Source: a virus
IMG/VR virus record: IMGVR_UViG_3300036770_005754
Coordinates: 112,559 to 176,558 of that record
Reading direction: 5' to 3' (one strand)
DNA length: 64,000 bases
Below, piece after piece: positions 9,616-19,556 of the stretch. How positions within the stretch are numbered: position 1 is the first letter of the stretch; every line of letters begins with the position of its first letter. The notes beneath the pieces were generated by a model. The model saw nothing but the letters and a program-made list of their open reading frames with translations, made no database searches and was not told the origin of the DNA. Position numbers and translations under genes: made by a program.

Positions 9616-10347
9616 TTATACCGGTTCTGTCGGCTGTTCAACTGGTACTATTGGTTCTACTGGCGGTTCTGGCGGTTCTGGCGGCTGTTCAACTGGTGCT
9701 ATTGGTTCTACTGGCGGTCCTGTCGGCTCTGTCGGCTCTGTCGGCTCTGTCGGCTGTTCAACTGGTGCTATTGGTTCTACTGGCGGTCCTGTCGGCTCTG
9801 TCGGCGGTTCAACTGGTGCTATTGATTCGACTGGCTGCTCTGTCGGCGATTCAACTGGTACCACTGGCTCTGCTGGCAGCTCTGTCGGTTCTGTCGGCGG
9901 TTCACCTGGCTCTCCTGACTCTCCTGGCTCCATTGGCTCTATTGGCGGTTCAATTGGTTCTGTTGGATATCTATCTCCAGTTAAAACAATTGACCCACCA
10001 ACTAACTCATATGGTACTGGGGATGAGACTTCTTCAGCTTTTATGATTCCAACAGAAGCTAAAAAGGTTCCCAAAGACCCATGATATTTAAATAATTCAA
10101 CGTCTCCGCCAAGATGGACAATGCCGTCATAAATGCCTGGTGGTGCTAAGAGCCTTAGTTCATTCAATATTTTTTGGGCGTCTTCGACTTTATATCCGGG
10201 AACGTTCCACATCATTTCCCGGCCCATGTCATATAGTCGTTTGATTTCTTCTGAAACTTGATTTGCGAACAATAGCATTGCTCTTGCTCGTTCGCGATGT
10301 TCATTCTTTTGTTCTTCTACTTGAAATAGTGACATATTTATCTCCAA
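9616..10347 (-). CDS. Hypothetical protein with Pro/Glu-rich repeat tail
   Basis: 243-aa ORF, probable start MSLFQ; C-terminal (P[TV]E)n repeats. Confidence 0.75.
   Translation of the reverse strand: MEINMSLFQVEEQKNEHRERARAMLLFANQVSEEIKRLYDMGREMMWNVPGYKVEDAQKILNELRLLAPPGIYDGIVHLGGDVELFKYHGSLGTFLASVGIIKAEEVSSPVPYELVGGSIVLTGDRYPTEPIEPPIEPMEPGESGEPGEPPTEPTELPAEPVVPVESPTEQPVESIAPVEPPTEPTGPPVEPIAPVEQPTEPTEPTEPTGPPVEPIAPVEQPPEPPEPPVEPIVPVEQPTEPV
9620..9965. repeat. Coding 9-bp-based tandem repeats with larger duplicated units
   Basis: ctgtcggct runs; 'ttcaactggt(a/g)ctattg' recurs four times. Confidence 0.9.
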
Positions 10348-11984
10348 TTGTTAGATTTTATAAATGGATTGGTTGGCACCCAGACACCGTTTTGTTTTAT
10401 GTAATGACCTTCAGTTTGTTTCCATTCTCCGTTATTTTTGACCCATGTCTGGGAAAGCTCCGATGTTGTTTTCGGTGACTGTTGACGCATCGCGAACATT
10501 CCGCCGCGACCCAGTTGGTACAGGCTTCGCACCTCATTTGCCGACAGGGCGCGATTCCAAACTCCATAATCCGCGCCTAGTCCATTCAACTGCTGAAATG
10601 TGTTTTGCCCACCTGAAAACCACAGCGCGTTAGTCGAATTACCAAATACGCCAGTTGCTGACACCGTACTGCCGATCTGTAATCCATTTAAATAAACACG
10701 CATGGACGATCCATCCCAAGTAGCCACCAAATGCTGCCATCCCGCTGAAATCAAAACCCCTGTACTGAGCGTTCTTAAAGTGCCGCCGGTTGTTAGATAA
10801 AATGTGATTGCTGATGCTTCGTGCATTAAAATGAACCCGGAACCGCTCCATTTTGACATGTATCGCCGTTGCCCTGATACAGCGCGATCCGATATCCAGC
10901 AGGCGAGCGACAGCGATGAAAGTCCGGCGTATAGCGCAGGATTCCCACAGTTAACAATGTCATTTGAACCATCAAAATCCAATGCGTATTTCCCACCACT
11001 CACCACCCAATCCGTCGCCGCGTCCATGTTTGTGAGCGTGCCGTGGTTTTTATATGGTCCGTGATCTATTAATCTAGTTCCTGTTGGGCCCAAACTAGGA
11101 CTCCATGCTCCGACTACACCTTTCCATAAATTTGGATATAATGGCTCCCCATCTCTTGGGGCGAAGCCATTGTGATAGCTAGGTTCGATTGGTGGTCTAT
11201 TAATTAAAGACGCTCTATCTCGGCGTATTATTGTTGTTGGTTGTGTGAATGAATATATTCGTCTTCGCGGTTTACGTTGCAACATTCCACCGCGACCAAG
11301 TTGATAAATATTCGTTATCTCATTAGCGGTTAAACCTCGATCCCATAAGATAGCATCAGATACTAAGCCATCAAACGAATATGTTATATTAAGCACAGGT
11401 AATCTAGCACTATTTCTACCTATGAAAAAATTATTTGTTCCAATCGCTGTAGACTCTGAGTCATGAATTCGAATATTGTTTTGGTAAAGTTGATATCGAG
11501 AGCCATTATTCACAATAGTAAAAAGATGCCATGAAGCACGATTAACAAGCGGCGAAGGAGTGGCTGTAGCTCGACCTGTTCGCAACACCTCCATATAAAT
11601 CATACCATCAGTCCAAACATAATGAGACCCAAAATTCGAGCTATCTTGAGCAAATGGAGGAGATGTCCTAGATTGACTTGTTGGTGTTGCCAGCCTTAAT
11701 TTACACCAGCACGACATTGTAGCTGCATTAAGAGGTTGTACCGACCCAAGACTGCAAAAATCATCAACTCCATCAAATTCTAGTGCATATTGCCCATCGC
11801 TAATAATCCAGTCATTGGCCACGTCCATATTAGTAAGTGAACCCCAATTATTGCTGCGACTGACATCATATAATCTCGACCCAGTCGGACCAAGAGATGG
11901 CGACCAATATCCAACTACACCATCCCATAATTCTGGATTGTTAGATTCATCGTAAGTGCCATAATTACTCCAATCTGGTCTCAT
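10338..11984 (-). CDS. Tandem LamG / concanavalin-A-like domain protein
   Basis: Two internal repeats starting LW.GVVG.WSPSLGPTG.RL.D, each with AL.FDG..D, W.H....(D/N)GS....Y.N and W.R.L.ANE. Confidence 0.85.
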   Translation of the reverse strand: MRPDWSNYGTYDESNNPELWDGVVGYWSPSLGPTGSRLYDVSRSNNWGSLTNMDVANDWIISDGQYALEFDGVDDFCSLGSVQPLNAATMSCWCKLRLATPTSQSRTSPPFAQDSSNFGSHYVWTDGMIYMEVLRTGRATATPSPLVNRASWHLFTIVNNGSRYQLYQNNIRIHDSESTAIGTNNFFIGRNSARLPVLNITYSFDGLVSDAILWDRGLTANEITNIYQLGRGGMLQRKPRRRIYSFTQPTTIIRRDRASLINRPPIEPSYHNGFAPRDGEPLYPNLWKGVVGAWSPSLGPTGTRLIDHGPYKNHGTLTNMDAATDWVVSGGKYALDFDGSNDIVNCGNPALYAGLSSLSLACWISDRAVSGQRRYMSKWSGSGFILMHEASAITFYLTTGGTLRTLSTGVLISAGWQHLVATWDGSSMRVYLNGLQIGSTVSATGVFGNSTNALWFSGGQNTFQQLNGLGADYGVWNRALSANEVRSLYQLGRGGMFAMRQQSPKTTSELSQTWVKNNGEWKQTEGHYIKQNGVWVPTNPFIKSNNWR

Positions 11985-12538
11985 GATAAAGTGTCCACTA
12001 TTGCAGGGTATATCGGCACAACAATTAATCGAGAATCATTATCAATTGGTGTCGTTTCATTCCGAATAGCCTGCCCGAGATTATTATCGACGATCGGAGC
12101 AACATACCTCCCGCGAGGATACCATACAGACGGGTCTTGTGTTAGAACAGTATTGCCATCTGGTGTTGCGATAAGAGTAACCACTGGTCGTGGGGCTTGT
12201 CGCAGGTTCGCATCTAGCGTACCTAGTGTATACGCCCCATCTGAACCAGTTACTTTTGCTGGCCATAAGGTGTTATTATATGATGATACCAAATATGCTT
12301 CCACAGTCAAGCCAGCAGTAGGTGCCGTACCAGTTTCAATCGAGAGATAAACTAGACAGAATTCGGGAAGTAGGAAGATATTACCAACGCTCAACGCTAG
12401 GTCCGCAGATTGCCCTTGTTGTGCCGACCCATTAGCGAGGTTGTTGAATGACAACTCCCTAGTGACCCCAGTTGCTCCGGGTTGCCCCCAAACAATTGCT
12501 GTGCCTTGTACGGTGCCAGAGAAATCAGGTAATGCCAT
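11981..12538 (-). CDS. Hypothetical virion accessory protein
   Basis: Paralog of the next gene (MALPD.S, LANG, PTAG..V..Y.S, P.G.YV....DN..G.A). Confidence 0.75.
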   Translation of the reverse strand: MALPDFSGTVQGTAIVWGQPGATGVTRELSFNNLANGSAQQGQSADLALSVGNIFLLPEFCLVYLSIETGTAPTAGLTVEAYLVSSYNNTLWPAKVTGSDGAYTLGTLDANLRQAPRPVVTLIATPDGNTVLTQDPSVWYPRGRYVAPIVDNNLGQAIRNETTPIDNDSRLIVVPIYPAIVDTLS

Positions 12539-12570
12539 TTGTTATACCCTCTCTATTTTGTATATTAAAC

Positions 12571-13107
12571 TCATAAACTATCCTCAACAGATTCTTCTAA
12601 TGGAGTTAATCGAATTACCATATTTTCCGCACTAGAATGAAAAGCCGCCCCACTGCGATTATCGATTACCAAATTAACATATGGGCCTTTTGGAAACATT
12701 AATCCGACAAGAGATTTTTGAATCGTTGGGGTTGCTATAGCTGAACATATGTGAGCCCCAAGAAATTCCAATTGGCGAATAGCCACATCAATGTCATTAT
12801 TATATCCAGTATATGGGGCGTCATTTCCGCTGGTATTGCCTTGCCCAGCACCGTTTTCATTAGTATATGATGCGTAAAAGTTTACAGAATTCCCTGCCGT
12901 AGGGGTTGCCGCCATTTCTAGTTCTACGTCAACTTTCCATCTTTGGGCCCATTTTGGACCAAGGAATAGGGTTTGAGTCTGTCTAGCACCCGCACTAGTG
13001 CCGTTGCCATTAGCAAGGCTGGTGAGTGTTACTACGGCATCACCGCCTGATGTTTTAATTGTTTTCGGGGTGCCCGATTGTGTTTTTGAATAGTCTGGTA
13101 AAGCCAT
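12571..13107 (-). CDS. Hypothetical virion accessory protein
   Basis: Paralog of 11981..12538. Confidence 0.75.
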   Translation of the reverse strand: MALPDYSKTQSGTPKTIKTSGGDAVVTLTSLANGNGTSAGARQTQTLFLGPKWAQRWKVDVELEMAATPTAGNSVNFYASYTNENGAGQGNTSGNDAPYTGYNNDIDVAIRQLEFLGAHICSAIATPTIQKSLVGLMFPKGPYVNLVIDNRSGAAFHSSAENMVIRLTPLEESVEDSL

Positions 13108-13112
13108 AATAA

Positions 13113-13265
13113 TTATCCTACTAAGTTAAATTTGTATAAATTTGAGTGGTGACAGTTTGCCCTGTGGTCGATCTCCGAACGCACTTTGCAGAGCAGTTCA
13201 TCGGCTGCCATTTGAGCCTGAGTTGCCTGCGGGATTGGATTGGTTGCAAAAATGCCGTCTGTCAT
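13113..13265 (-). pseudogene. 50-codon ORF, probably a truncated gene remnant
   Basis: MTDGIFATNPIPQATQAQMAADELLCKVRSEIDHR..., GC-rich start switching abruptly to AT-rich sequence. Confidence 0.4.
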
Positions 13266-13270
13266 GTTGA

Positions 13271-15013
13271 TTATGTTCCGTATGCGAGATCTGCTATCTC
13301 AATAATTACAACCCATCGCCATATTTCCGATGCAATTCCAGTCACAGAAAACTGTACTGCTTCATTTGTATCGTCCGCAGTAACGGCGAGATCAGTGCTC
13401 GCATTGTCTTCGTGGTCTGTGCCAATCGTTTCCACATACACCAATGTGGTGGTACTGCCAACTCGTTTGATTGCGCCCTTCCGGACATAATGGGCAATGG
13501 CTGATCCGTCAGATTTACTACCGATAACATTCGCGATAAAACCCCAAACCTTACCAGCAGGAAGTACCGGGCGAACGCTTTGATCGCTACGCAAAAACAA
13601 AACAGCGGGCGTTGCATCTGTTGTTTTGTTTGATGCGATTAGCCGCAAATATTGAGCGTCACCATTTGCCGAAAAACGCCATCCTGCGTGTGCTCGCGAC
13701 GCATACAGGCCCGCGACTGCATGCCGACCAGTCGCAAATGAAACATCTCCGCTTGCCGCATCCGAATCGCCAATAGCTGCCGACGCAAATCCTGTTGCAC
13801 TGGAAGCGATACCCATTGCAAATGTATACGCAGACCCTGTACTGCACCACGCGCCAGCAGCAAGCGACGACGATCCCAATGCCACCTGAGAGGCAGCACT
13901 TCGCACTGTCTGTAGGTCAACCGCGTTAGCCCCGCGTGCATTTCCGCCTGCAGTTGTGCCGTCTGGGACTTGCAGCGAAAACGCCCCTGAACCCTTCGGC
14001 ACGATACTCACGGAAACATTCGTGCTGCTGCCAGTCGCCTGCAATGAAACGTGATTAACAGTATTATTGGGTGAGGTCGTGTAATTGACTGGGATCTCAA
14101 AACCTTGAACCCGCAAGACGCGGTCGCTGCCGCCCGCCGAGCCTTTTTCAGTCGCGATTGTACAAACGTTACCGGACCAGCCTATTGACAACCGCTCGTA
14201 GGAGGTGCTGCTCGTGAATGTATTGTAAATGCGGTAGGTTTGTGGATTTGTCGCACTTCGCTGCTCTAAAACCTGCGGCGAGCCAAACCCTAATAATGTA
14301 ACGCTGCCGCTTATTTGAATTCCGCCCGAAGAATTTAATTGCAAATTATTTACTGCGCTAGCATTCGTCCTGAACTGTATAAAACCACCAACGTTATTGT
14401 CGATGTATAGGTTGGCGCCGAATACGGAAACCCTGTGGTCATTGGTCCCAGTACCGAGTCGAATGTCTGCAGAATTAAAATACTTGATCCCGAGAAACCG
14501 TTGTGTGTCTGTCGTCACCACACCCCGAGCGGTTGCACTTGCGTCTGGTATGTTGAGTGTGTGAACAGTCCCCTCACTAACAATGTTAAAGTCAGTGCCA
14601 GCGGCCCCAGTGACAATAGTCTGAGGGCTCACTGTAAGACCATTCAAGGAGGCAATACCGGTAGCATTAATGTTCCAACTTCTATTAGCCGATAAATCGT
14701 AGCTAACATTATTAATAGTGATAGTTCTAGCCTCTGGGACATAGTTCGTTAGCCCAACCGCTTCTTGGTACTGGAAATAGATATCCCCATCTGAACCACC
14801 GCTTGGTTCAATCGTCCCTGACGTAATTTTGGGAACGACGACACCGTCGGCGGTAATAACGCCGTTCTTGTTGACAGAGAACTTACTGGCATTGTTGACC
14901 AGCAGGTCTATGAGTGTACTTCCACCACCAGAAGCTATATCATTGATATTAGCTTTGATGCATGTTAAGTCAACTCCGGAATTATTCCATGTTGGGGCGA
15001 ATTGTATTGTCAT
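13271..15013 (-). CDS. Tail fibre / receptor-binding protein (580 aa)
   Basis: YadA-head-like small-residue repeats; PSGGSDGDIYFQY motif; modules shared with the two paralogs. Confidence 0.8.
   Translation of the reverse strand: MTIQFAPTWNNSGVDLTCIKANINDIASGGGSTLIDLLVNNASKFSVNKNGVITADGVVVPKITSGTIEPSGGSDGDIYFQYQEAVGLTNYVPEARTITINNVSYDLSANRSWNINATGIASLNGLTVSPQTIVTGAAGTDFNIVSEGTVHTLNIPDASATARGVVTTDTQRFLGIKYFNSADIRLGTGTNDHRVSVFGANLYIDNNVGGFIQFRTNASAVNNLQLNSSGGIQISGSVTLLGFGSPQVLEQRSATNPQTYRIYNTFTSSTSYERLSIGWSGNVCTIATEKGSAGGSDRVLRVQGFEIPVNYTTSPNNTVNHVSLQATGSSTNVSVSIVPKGSGAFSLQVPDGTTAGGNARGANAVDLQTVRSAASQVALGSSSLAAGAWCSTGSAYTFAMGIASSATGFASAAIGDSDAASGDVSFATGRHAVAGLYASRAHAGWRFSANGDAQYLRLIASNKTTDATPAVLFLRSDQSVRPVLPAGKVWGFIANVIGSKSDGSAIAHYVRKGAIKRVGSTTTLVYVETIGTDHEDNASTDLAVTADDTNEAVQFSVTGIASEIWRWVVIIEIADLAYGT
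13915..14200. repeat. Direct repeat A, copy 1
   Basis: Highly similar to 15788..16073 (YERLSIGWSGNVCTIATEKG...GGNARGANAVDL). Confidence 0.9.
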
Positions 15014-15310
15014 ATCAAACTCCGTAAGCTAATTCTGCGCCACTAACTACTGCTATCCACCGCCAGGTCTCATTCAACACACCGGTTACAGAGATTTCAA
15101 GAGCGTCGTTTGTGTTGTCAGCTGTTATTGACAAATTGCACAATGATGGATTATAGTCAGTACCTATTGTTTCTGGTGTTGCTTCTAACGATGTTGTACC
15201 ACCGACATTTTTAATATCGACTGTGCGCCTAAATCTAGCTCCTACCGATCCGTCGGACTTGAACCCCTTGATCATTACATCTGCAGACAAACCTTTACCC
15301 GATGGAATCG
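14860..15310. repeat. Direct repeat B, copy 1 (spans a gene junction; ends approximate)
   Basis: Similar to about 17260..17710, offset 2401 bp; covers a fibre C-terminus plus the next MTIQFAPTWN start. Confidence 0.85.
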
Positions 15311-17414
15311 TCAAGCGAGCAGATGAACCATTTAGAAACAAGGTCACTGCGGAATCGGTTGTGGTTTTGTTACGGAGAACAAATTCCACTGCTTGACAAT
15401 CGCCGGCGGCAGCAAAGCGGCCGGAAGCGCGGGCATCCATACCGTAACGATCTGCGACTGCCCGATAGCCACCAAACACGGATGAATATGCTGCCGATGC
15501 AGTATTTTCGCCGCCGCCAATTGCTGCGGCATCTTCGCTTTGAGCGCGATTGAATCCACCACCAGCCATCGCCCGCAGACCCGTAGCCTCGGAATATCTG
15601 CCCCCAAGATTTGCGGAATAACCTGCACTTGCGATTCCTTCTGCCCCGGCAGAAAACGAAAAATCACCCGTGGCTTGTCCGAAAATACAGGCCGAATTAT
15701 TACCACTCGCCCGCACTGCCGACGGACCAAGAAACGACGCACTCCCGCTCGCCACGTCTGCGGCTGCACTACGCGATGTTGTGCGCAGGTCAACAGCGTT
15801 TGCGCCCCTCGCATTGCCGCCCGCAGTCGTGCCATCAGGCACCACCAGCGAAAACGCACCCGATCCCTTCGGCACGATCGACACCGAAACATTCGTGCTA
15901 GCACCAGTCGCCTGAAATGAAACGTGATTAACAGTATTATTGGGTGAGGCCGTGTAGTTGACTGGGATCTCAAAACCCTGAACCCTAAGAACGCGGTCGC
16001 TGCCGCCCGCCGAGCCTTTTTCAGTTGCGATTGTGCAAACGTTACCGGACCAGCCTATTGACAACCGCTCGTATGATGTGCCGCTGGTATCTATATTGTA
16101 TATATGTAGCGATTGCCCAGTCGTGGCGTTCGCTAAAGAAATTATATCACTCGAATTTCCTAATTTTGAATTTAAAAGAATCCTTCCAGCGGCTGCAGAA
16201 GTACCGGCACCTACACCACCGCTACCGCCAGCAAGCACTACATTCCCACCAGCCCCATTTGTAGTCGCGCCGTCACCACCATTACCTGCGGTAATTGTGA
16301 TCGTACCGCCCAAACCGCCTATTCGAGTGCCTGATGCCGATACCGCAGCGCCACCATTACCAGCAGTTAGTCCTATTGATCCACCGACGCCGCCAGTAAT
16401 AACTCCAGACGTTCCGGTGACCGCACCACCAGCACCACTAGTTATTGACAACGGACCACCGGATCCTCCTGTTCCACCAGCAGCGCTAGCGATATTACCA
16501 CGCGCTGTGATAATATTGATAGCCGCTCCAGTGCGTGCAGTACTCGACGAAGTATGTGTTGAACCACTACCAGTAGATATTGTAATAGGACCACCGACAT
16601 AATTACCAGCACCACCACTATTAGACGGTGTGAATATGTTCACAGCACCACTATCAAATAAAAACACACCGCCAGGAGCACCATTTGATCCTGCGCCAAC
16701 GACATTTACACTCCCAGCCGTTGCAGACGCACCGCCGGGATTTCCGGCGTATATGGTGACACTGCCGCCAGAACTAGCCGTACTGCCAGTATTCGCCCCA
16801 TTCCCTGCCCCAATCACCACCGATCCACCAATGCCTATGGGGAATGGAGATCCCGACCCTGATGACGCAGCGTTTCCAGCTAGAACTGTGACGTTTCCAC
16901 CCGCAGCTGCAGTTACACCAGTACTGCCAGCCACAGCACCTGCAGCTGTTATAATAATAGACTGCCCAGCTAAAGATGAATCAACTTGTGTCGGAGCACC
17001 ACCAGCTATTCGTAATGCCTGATCGACCGGCCCATATAAGTGTGTTATTTCACCTAACCCAGACCCCCAATTCAACACAGCCGTGAGAGTTTTGGCTCCT
17101 GCAATCGTCTGTGATCCAGTAGTAATCAGCCCTCTCGCAGTCGTACTCGCGTCCGGTAAATTAAAGGTTATACCAGAACCAGACTGACTTATATTGAAAT
17201 CAGCACCAGAAGAACCTACTGAAAAATTTACAGGAACAGTGGAGCCGTTAGACAAAATAAGCCCACTTTTATTCACAGAGAATTTGCTAACGTCATTAAC
17301 TAACAGATCTATTAGCGTGCTTCCGCCACCAGATGCTACATCGATAGCGTTAGCCTTAATGCACGTCAAATCGACGCCAGACTCGTTCCATGTTGGGGCG
17401 AATTGTATTGTCAT
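15015..17414 (-). CDS. Tail fibre / receptor-binding protein (799 aa, Gly-rich)
   Basis: GG.(V/I).I.AG.G repeats and YadA-like repeats. Confidence 0.8.
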   Translation of the reverse strand: MTIQFAPTWNESGVDLTCIKANAIDVASGGGSTLIDLLVNDVSKFSVNKSGLILSNGSTVPVNFSVGSSGADFNISQSGSGITFNLPDASTTARGLITTGSQTIAGAKTLTAVLNWGSGLGEITHLYGPVDQALRIAGGAPTQVDSSLAGQSIIITAAGAVAGSTGVTAAAGGNVTVLAGNAASSGSGSPFPIGIGGSVVIGAGNGANTGSTASSGGSVTIYAGNPGGASATAGSVNVVGAGSNGAPGGVFLFDSGAVNIFTPSNSGGAGNYVGGPITISTGSGSTHTSSSTARTGAAINIITARGNIASAAGGTGGSGGPLSITSGAGGAVTGTSGVITGGVGGSIGLTAGNGGAAVSASGTRIGGLGGTITITAGNGGDGATTNGAGGNVVLAGGSGGVGAGTSAAAGRILLNSKLGNSSDIISLANATTGQSLHIYNIDTSGTSYERLSIGWSGNVCTIATEKGSAGGSDRVLRVQGFEIPVNYTASPNNTVNHVSFQATGASTNVSVSIVPKGSGAFSLVVPDGTTAGGNARGANAVDLRTTSRSAAADVASGSASFLGPSAVRASGNNSACIFGQATGDFSFSAGAEGIASAGYSANLGGRYSEATGLRAMAGGGFNRAQSEDAAAIGGGENTASAAYSSVFGGYRAVADRYGMDARASGRFAAAGDCQAVEFVLRNKTTTDSAVTLFLNGSSARLTIPSGKGLSADVMIKGFKSDGSVGARFRRTVDIKNVGGTTSLEATPETIGTDYNPSLCNLSITADNTNDALEISVTGVLNETWRWIAVVSGAELAYGV
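15788..16073. repeat. Direct repeat A, copy 2
   Basis: See 13915..14200. Confidence 0.9.
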
Positions 17415-17710
17415 ATCAAACTCCGTAAGCTATTTCTGCGCCGCTAACTATTGCTATCCACCGCCAGGTTTCATTCAATACACCAGTCACCGATATTTCA
17501 AGTGTATCGTTTGTGTCATCCGCTATTATTGATAGGGCACATCGCAATGGATTATAGTCAGTGCCTATCGTTTCTGGTGTTGTTTCTAACGATGTTGTGC
17601 CACCGACATTTTTAATATCGACTGTGCGTCTAAATCTAGCTCCTATTGAGCCATCTGATTTAATACCTTTTATCAAAACATCTGCCGATAGCACTTTGCC
17701 GCTCGGTATC
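17260..17710. repeat. Direct repeat B, copy 2 (ends approximate)
   Basis: See 14860..15310. Confidence 0.85.
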
Positions 17711-19455
17711 GTCAGTAGCTTTGCATTTCCGCTGCTAAAATCTCCAGATCCATCAACAGATGAACTAGACGACATCCTCAAGCTTACCGCCGAATTCGTT
17801 GTTGTTTTCCCGCCGAGAACAAACAAAGAAAACTGGCATGAACCAGTCGCTCCACTAAACGCACCAGATGAATGTGCGAATTGTGAAGGTCTGTTTGAAA
17901 GAGACCGAAATCCGGTGGATAATGCACAGTTTCCTGAGGCTTGGCTTGAATTCAAGCTTACAGACGCTCTTCCACTAGGTTGGTTGCCTTCCCCAATGCA
18001 TCCAGCGCTTTGTCCAGTAACAGAGTTGTTTACACCATTTAAACAACCGCCGTTTAAACCTGTAACTTGATTATTTTGTCCGCCGCCAATAAATGACTGA
18101 GTACCGCTGGCGACAGAACTACCGCTACTACGAACCGTTTGCAAATCAACTGCATTCGCACCTCTAGCGTTTCCACCAACCGCAGTCCCATCTGGTGGTG
18201 GACCTAGTATAAACGCCCCAGTTCCTTTAGGGGTGAGCACTAGATTCATATTAGCCGCACCAGTTCCAGCACTTTCCGCTGCTATCTGAGCGTATCTAGT
18301 TGAGGAATAAGTGCCGAACTGGAGAGCTAATCGTTCGTAGTTTGAAGTGTCAGTGAAGGAGTTGTAAACTCGAAAGGTTTGAGTGTTAATTGAATTGATC
18401 TGCTCAACAACGTTAGTAGGATTAAAAATCGGTCCACGTAAATCTAACCCGGCGCTATGTGTCCTGACTAACACGTAAAACGCAGCGACACCGGGTGTAA
18501 GCGCTAATGTCTCAGCACCATTACTAGAAAATCTGATATGCCCGTCGAACCCTTGACTATTTAATCCTGTGTTCGTATCTGTGCCGAAGCACAGTCCAGG
18601 TGTCACAATAGACCCATTAGGTACAGATACCTGACTACTGAATGTCTTTGTCCCCGCAATCGTCTGCGATCCAGTAGTAATCAACCCCCTCGCAGTAGCA
18701 CTCGCATCTGGTATATTAAAAGTATGAGTAGTACCATTACTAACAATATTAAAATCAGTCCCAGTAGTACCAGTCGCAAACGTTTGAGCAGAACCCGTCA
18801 AACCATTAAGAGAACCAAGAGCCCCAATACTAGAAGGAGTAATGGTGGCATTCGCGGCAGCAGTCAAACGCCCCTGAGCATCAACAGTAAACGTAGCAAC
18901 CTGGCTAGAAGACCCATAAGAATTAGCGACAACAGTCGTATCAGCAAGATTAAACGTTCGATTAGAACCCAAGTCACCGCCGCCACTCAAACCTGTCCCA
19001 GCAGACACAGTCCTGGTTTGAGGAGTGTACGTGGTCGATAAAAAAGTAGTCAAATCAGTCTGATTACTGATAGACCCAGAAATCGACCCCCAAGCAGCAG
19101 TAGTATCGGTGATCTCGACGTATACAGAACCACTCCAACGATAAGTCCTCCCAGAATCTATAGCAACATAAATCTTACCAGGTTCACCAATAGGCGGAAA
19201 AGCAGCAAGATTAGAATATTCCAAAACATCATCAACATACGACGGCAACTGATCCGCCGGAATGAGACCACCAACCAAATCGGCCTTCAAAGACAAAGCA
19301 CCATCAATATACGTGGAATCATATACACTAAGTAAAGACCTCACCTCCGAAGGAGTGAGAATCTTAGCATTAGACTTAACCTCTGTATTATTGCCAAGGA
19401 GTGTATTGGCAGCTAAATCTAAAACAGCAGAATATGGGAAAGCAGTTAAACCCAT
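17416..19455 (-). CDS. Tail fibre / receptor-binding protein (679 aa)
   Basis: KADLVGG.IP..QLPSYVDDVLEY...YRWSGSVYVEI and FTVDAQGRLTAA motifs typical of phage fibres. Confidence 0.82.
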   Translation of the reverse strand: MGLTAFPYSAVLDLAANTLLGNNTEVKSNAKILTPSEVRSLLSVYDSTYIDGALSLKADLVGGLIPADQLPSYVDDVLEYSNLAAFPPIGEPGKIYVAIDSGRTYRWSGSVYVEITDTTAAWGSISGSISNQTDLTTFLSTTYTPQTRTVSAGTGLSGGGDLGSNRTFNLADTTVVANSYGSSSQVATFTVDAQGRLTAAANATITPSSIGALGSLNGLTGSAQTFATGTTGTDFNIVSNGTTHTFNIPDASATARGLITTGSQTIAGTKTFSSQVSVPNGSIVTPGLCFGTDTNTGLNSQGFDGHIRFSSNGAETLALTPGVAAFYVLVRTHSAGLDLRGPIFNPTNVVEQINSINTQTFRVYNSFTDTSNYERLALQFGTYSSTRYAQIAAESAGTGAANMNLVLTPKGTGAFILGPPPDGTAVGGNARGANAVDLQTVRSSGSSVASGTQSFIGGGQNNQVTGLNGGCLNGVNNSVTGQSAGCIGEGNQPSGRASVSLNSSQASGNCALSTGFRSLSNRPSQFAHSSGAFSGATGSCQFSLFVLGGKTTTNSAVSLRMSSSSSVDGSGDFSSGNAKLLTIPSGKVLSADVLIKGIKSDGSIGARFRRTVDIKNVGGTTSLETTPETIGTDYNPLRCALSIIADDTNDTLEISVTGVLNETWRWIAIVSGAEIAYGV

Positions 19456-19457
19456 TT

Positions 19458-19505
19458 ATATCTCCAGCCACGAGTTAACATATATTTGAACGGCTGGCGA
19501 AATAT
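19458..19505 (-). promoter_or_regulatory. RBS-sequestering hairpin with candidate late promoter in the loop
   Basis: Minus strand: CCAGCCG-TTCAAATATATGTTAACTCG-TGGCTGG-AGATATAAATG. Confidence 0.5.
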
Positions 19506-19509
19506 ATAC

Positions 19510-19537
19510 AAAAATGGCCCAGCTTACACTGGGCCAT
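19510..19537 (-). terminator. Intrinsic terminator
   Basis: ATGGCCCAG/CTGGGCCAT 9-bp stem followed by a T tract on the minus strand. Confidence 0.75.
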
Positions 19538-19556
19538 AAAACATCAGCAACCAAAA

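Noticed and set aside
9620-9965. CRISPR array
   Set aside because: In-frame coding repeats without unique spacers; no cas genes
13915-17710. Invertase shufflon
   Set aside because: The repeats are direct, all genes share one orientation, and no site-specific recombinase is visible
13271-19455. Diversity-generating retroelement acting on the fibre C-termini
   Set aside because: No reverse transcriptase in the window. Both repeat copies are coding, and the differences appear largely synonymous and not adenine-specific.
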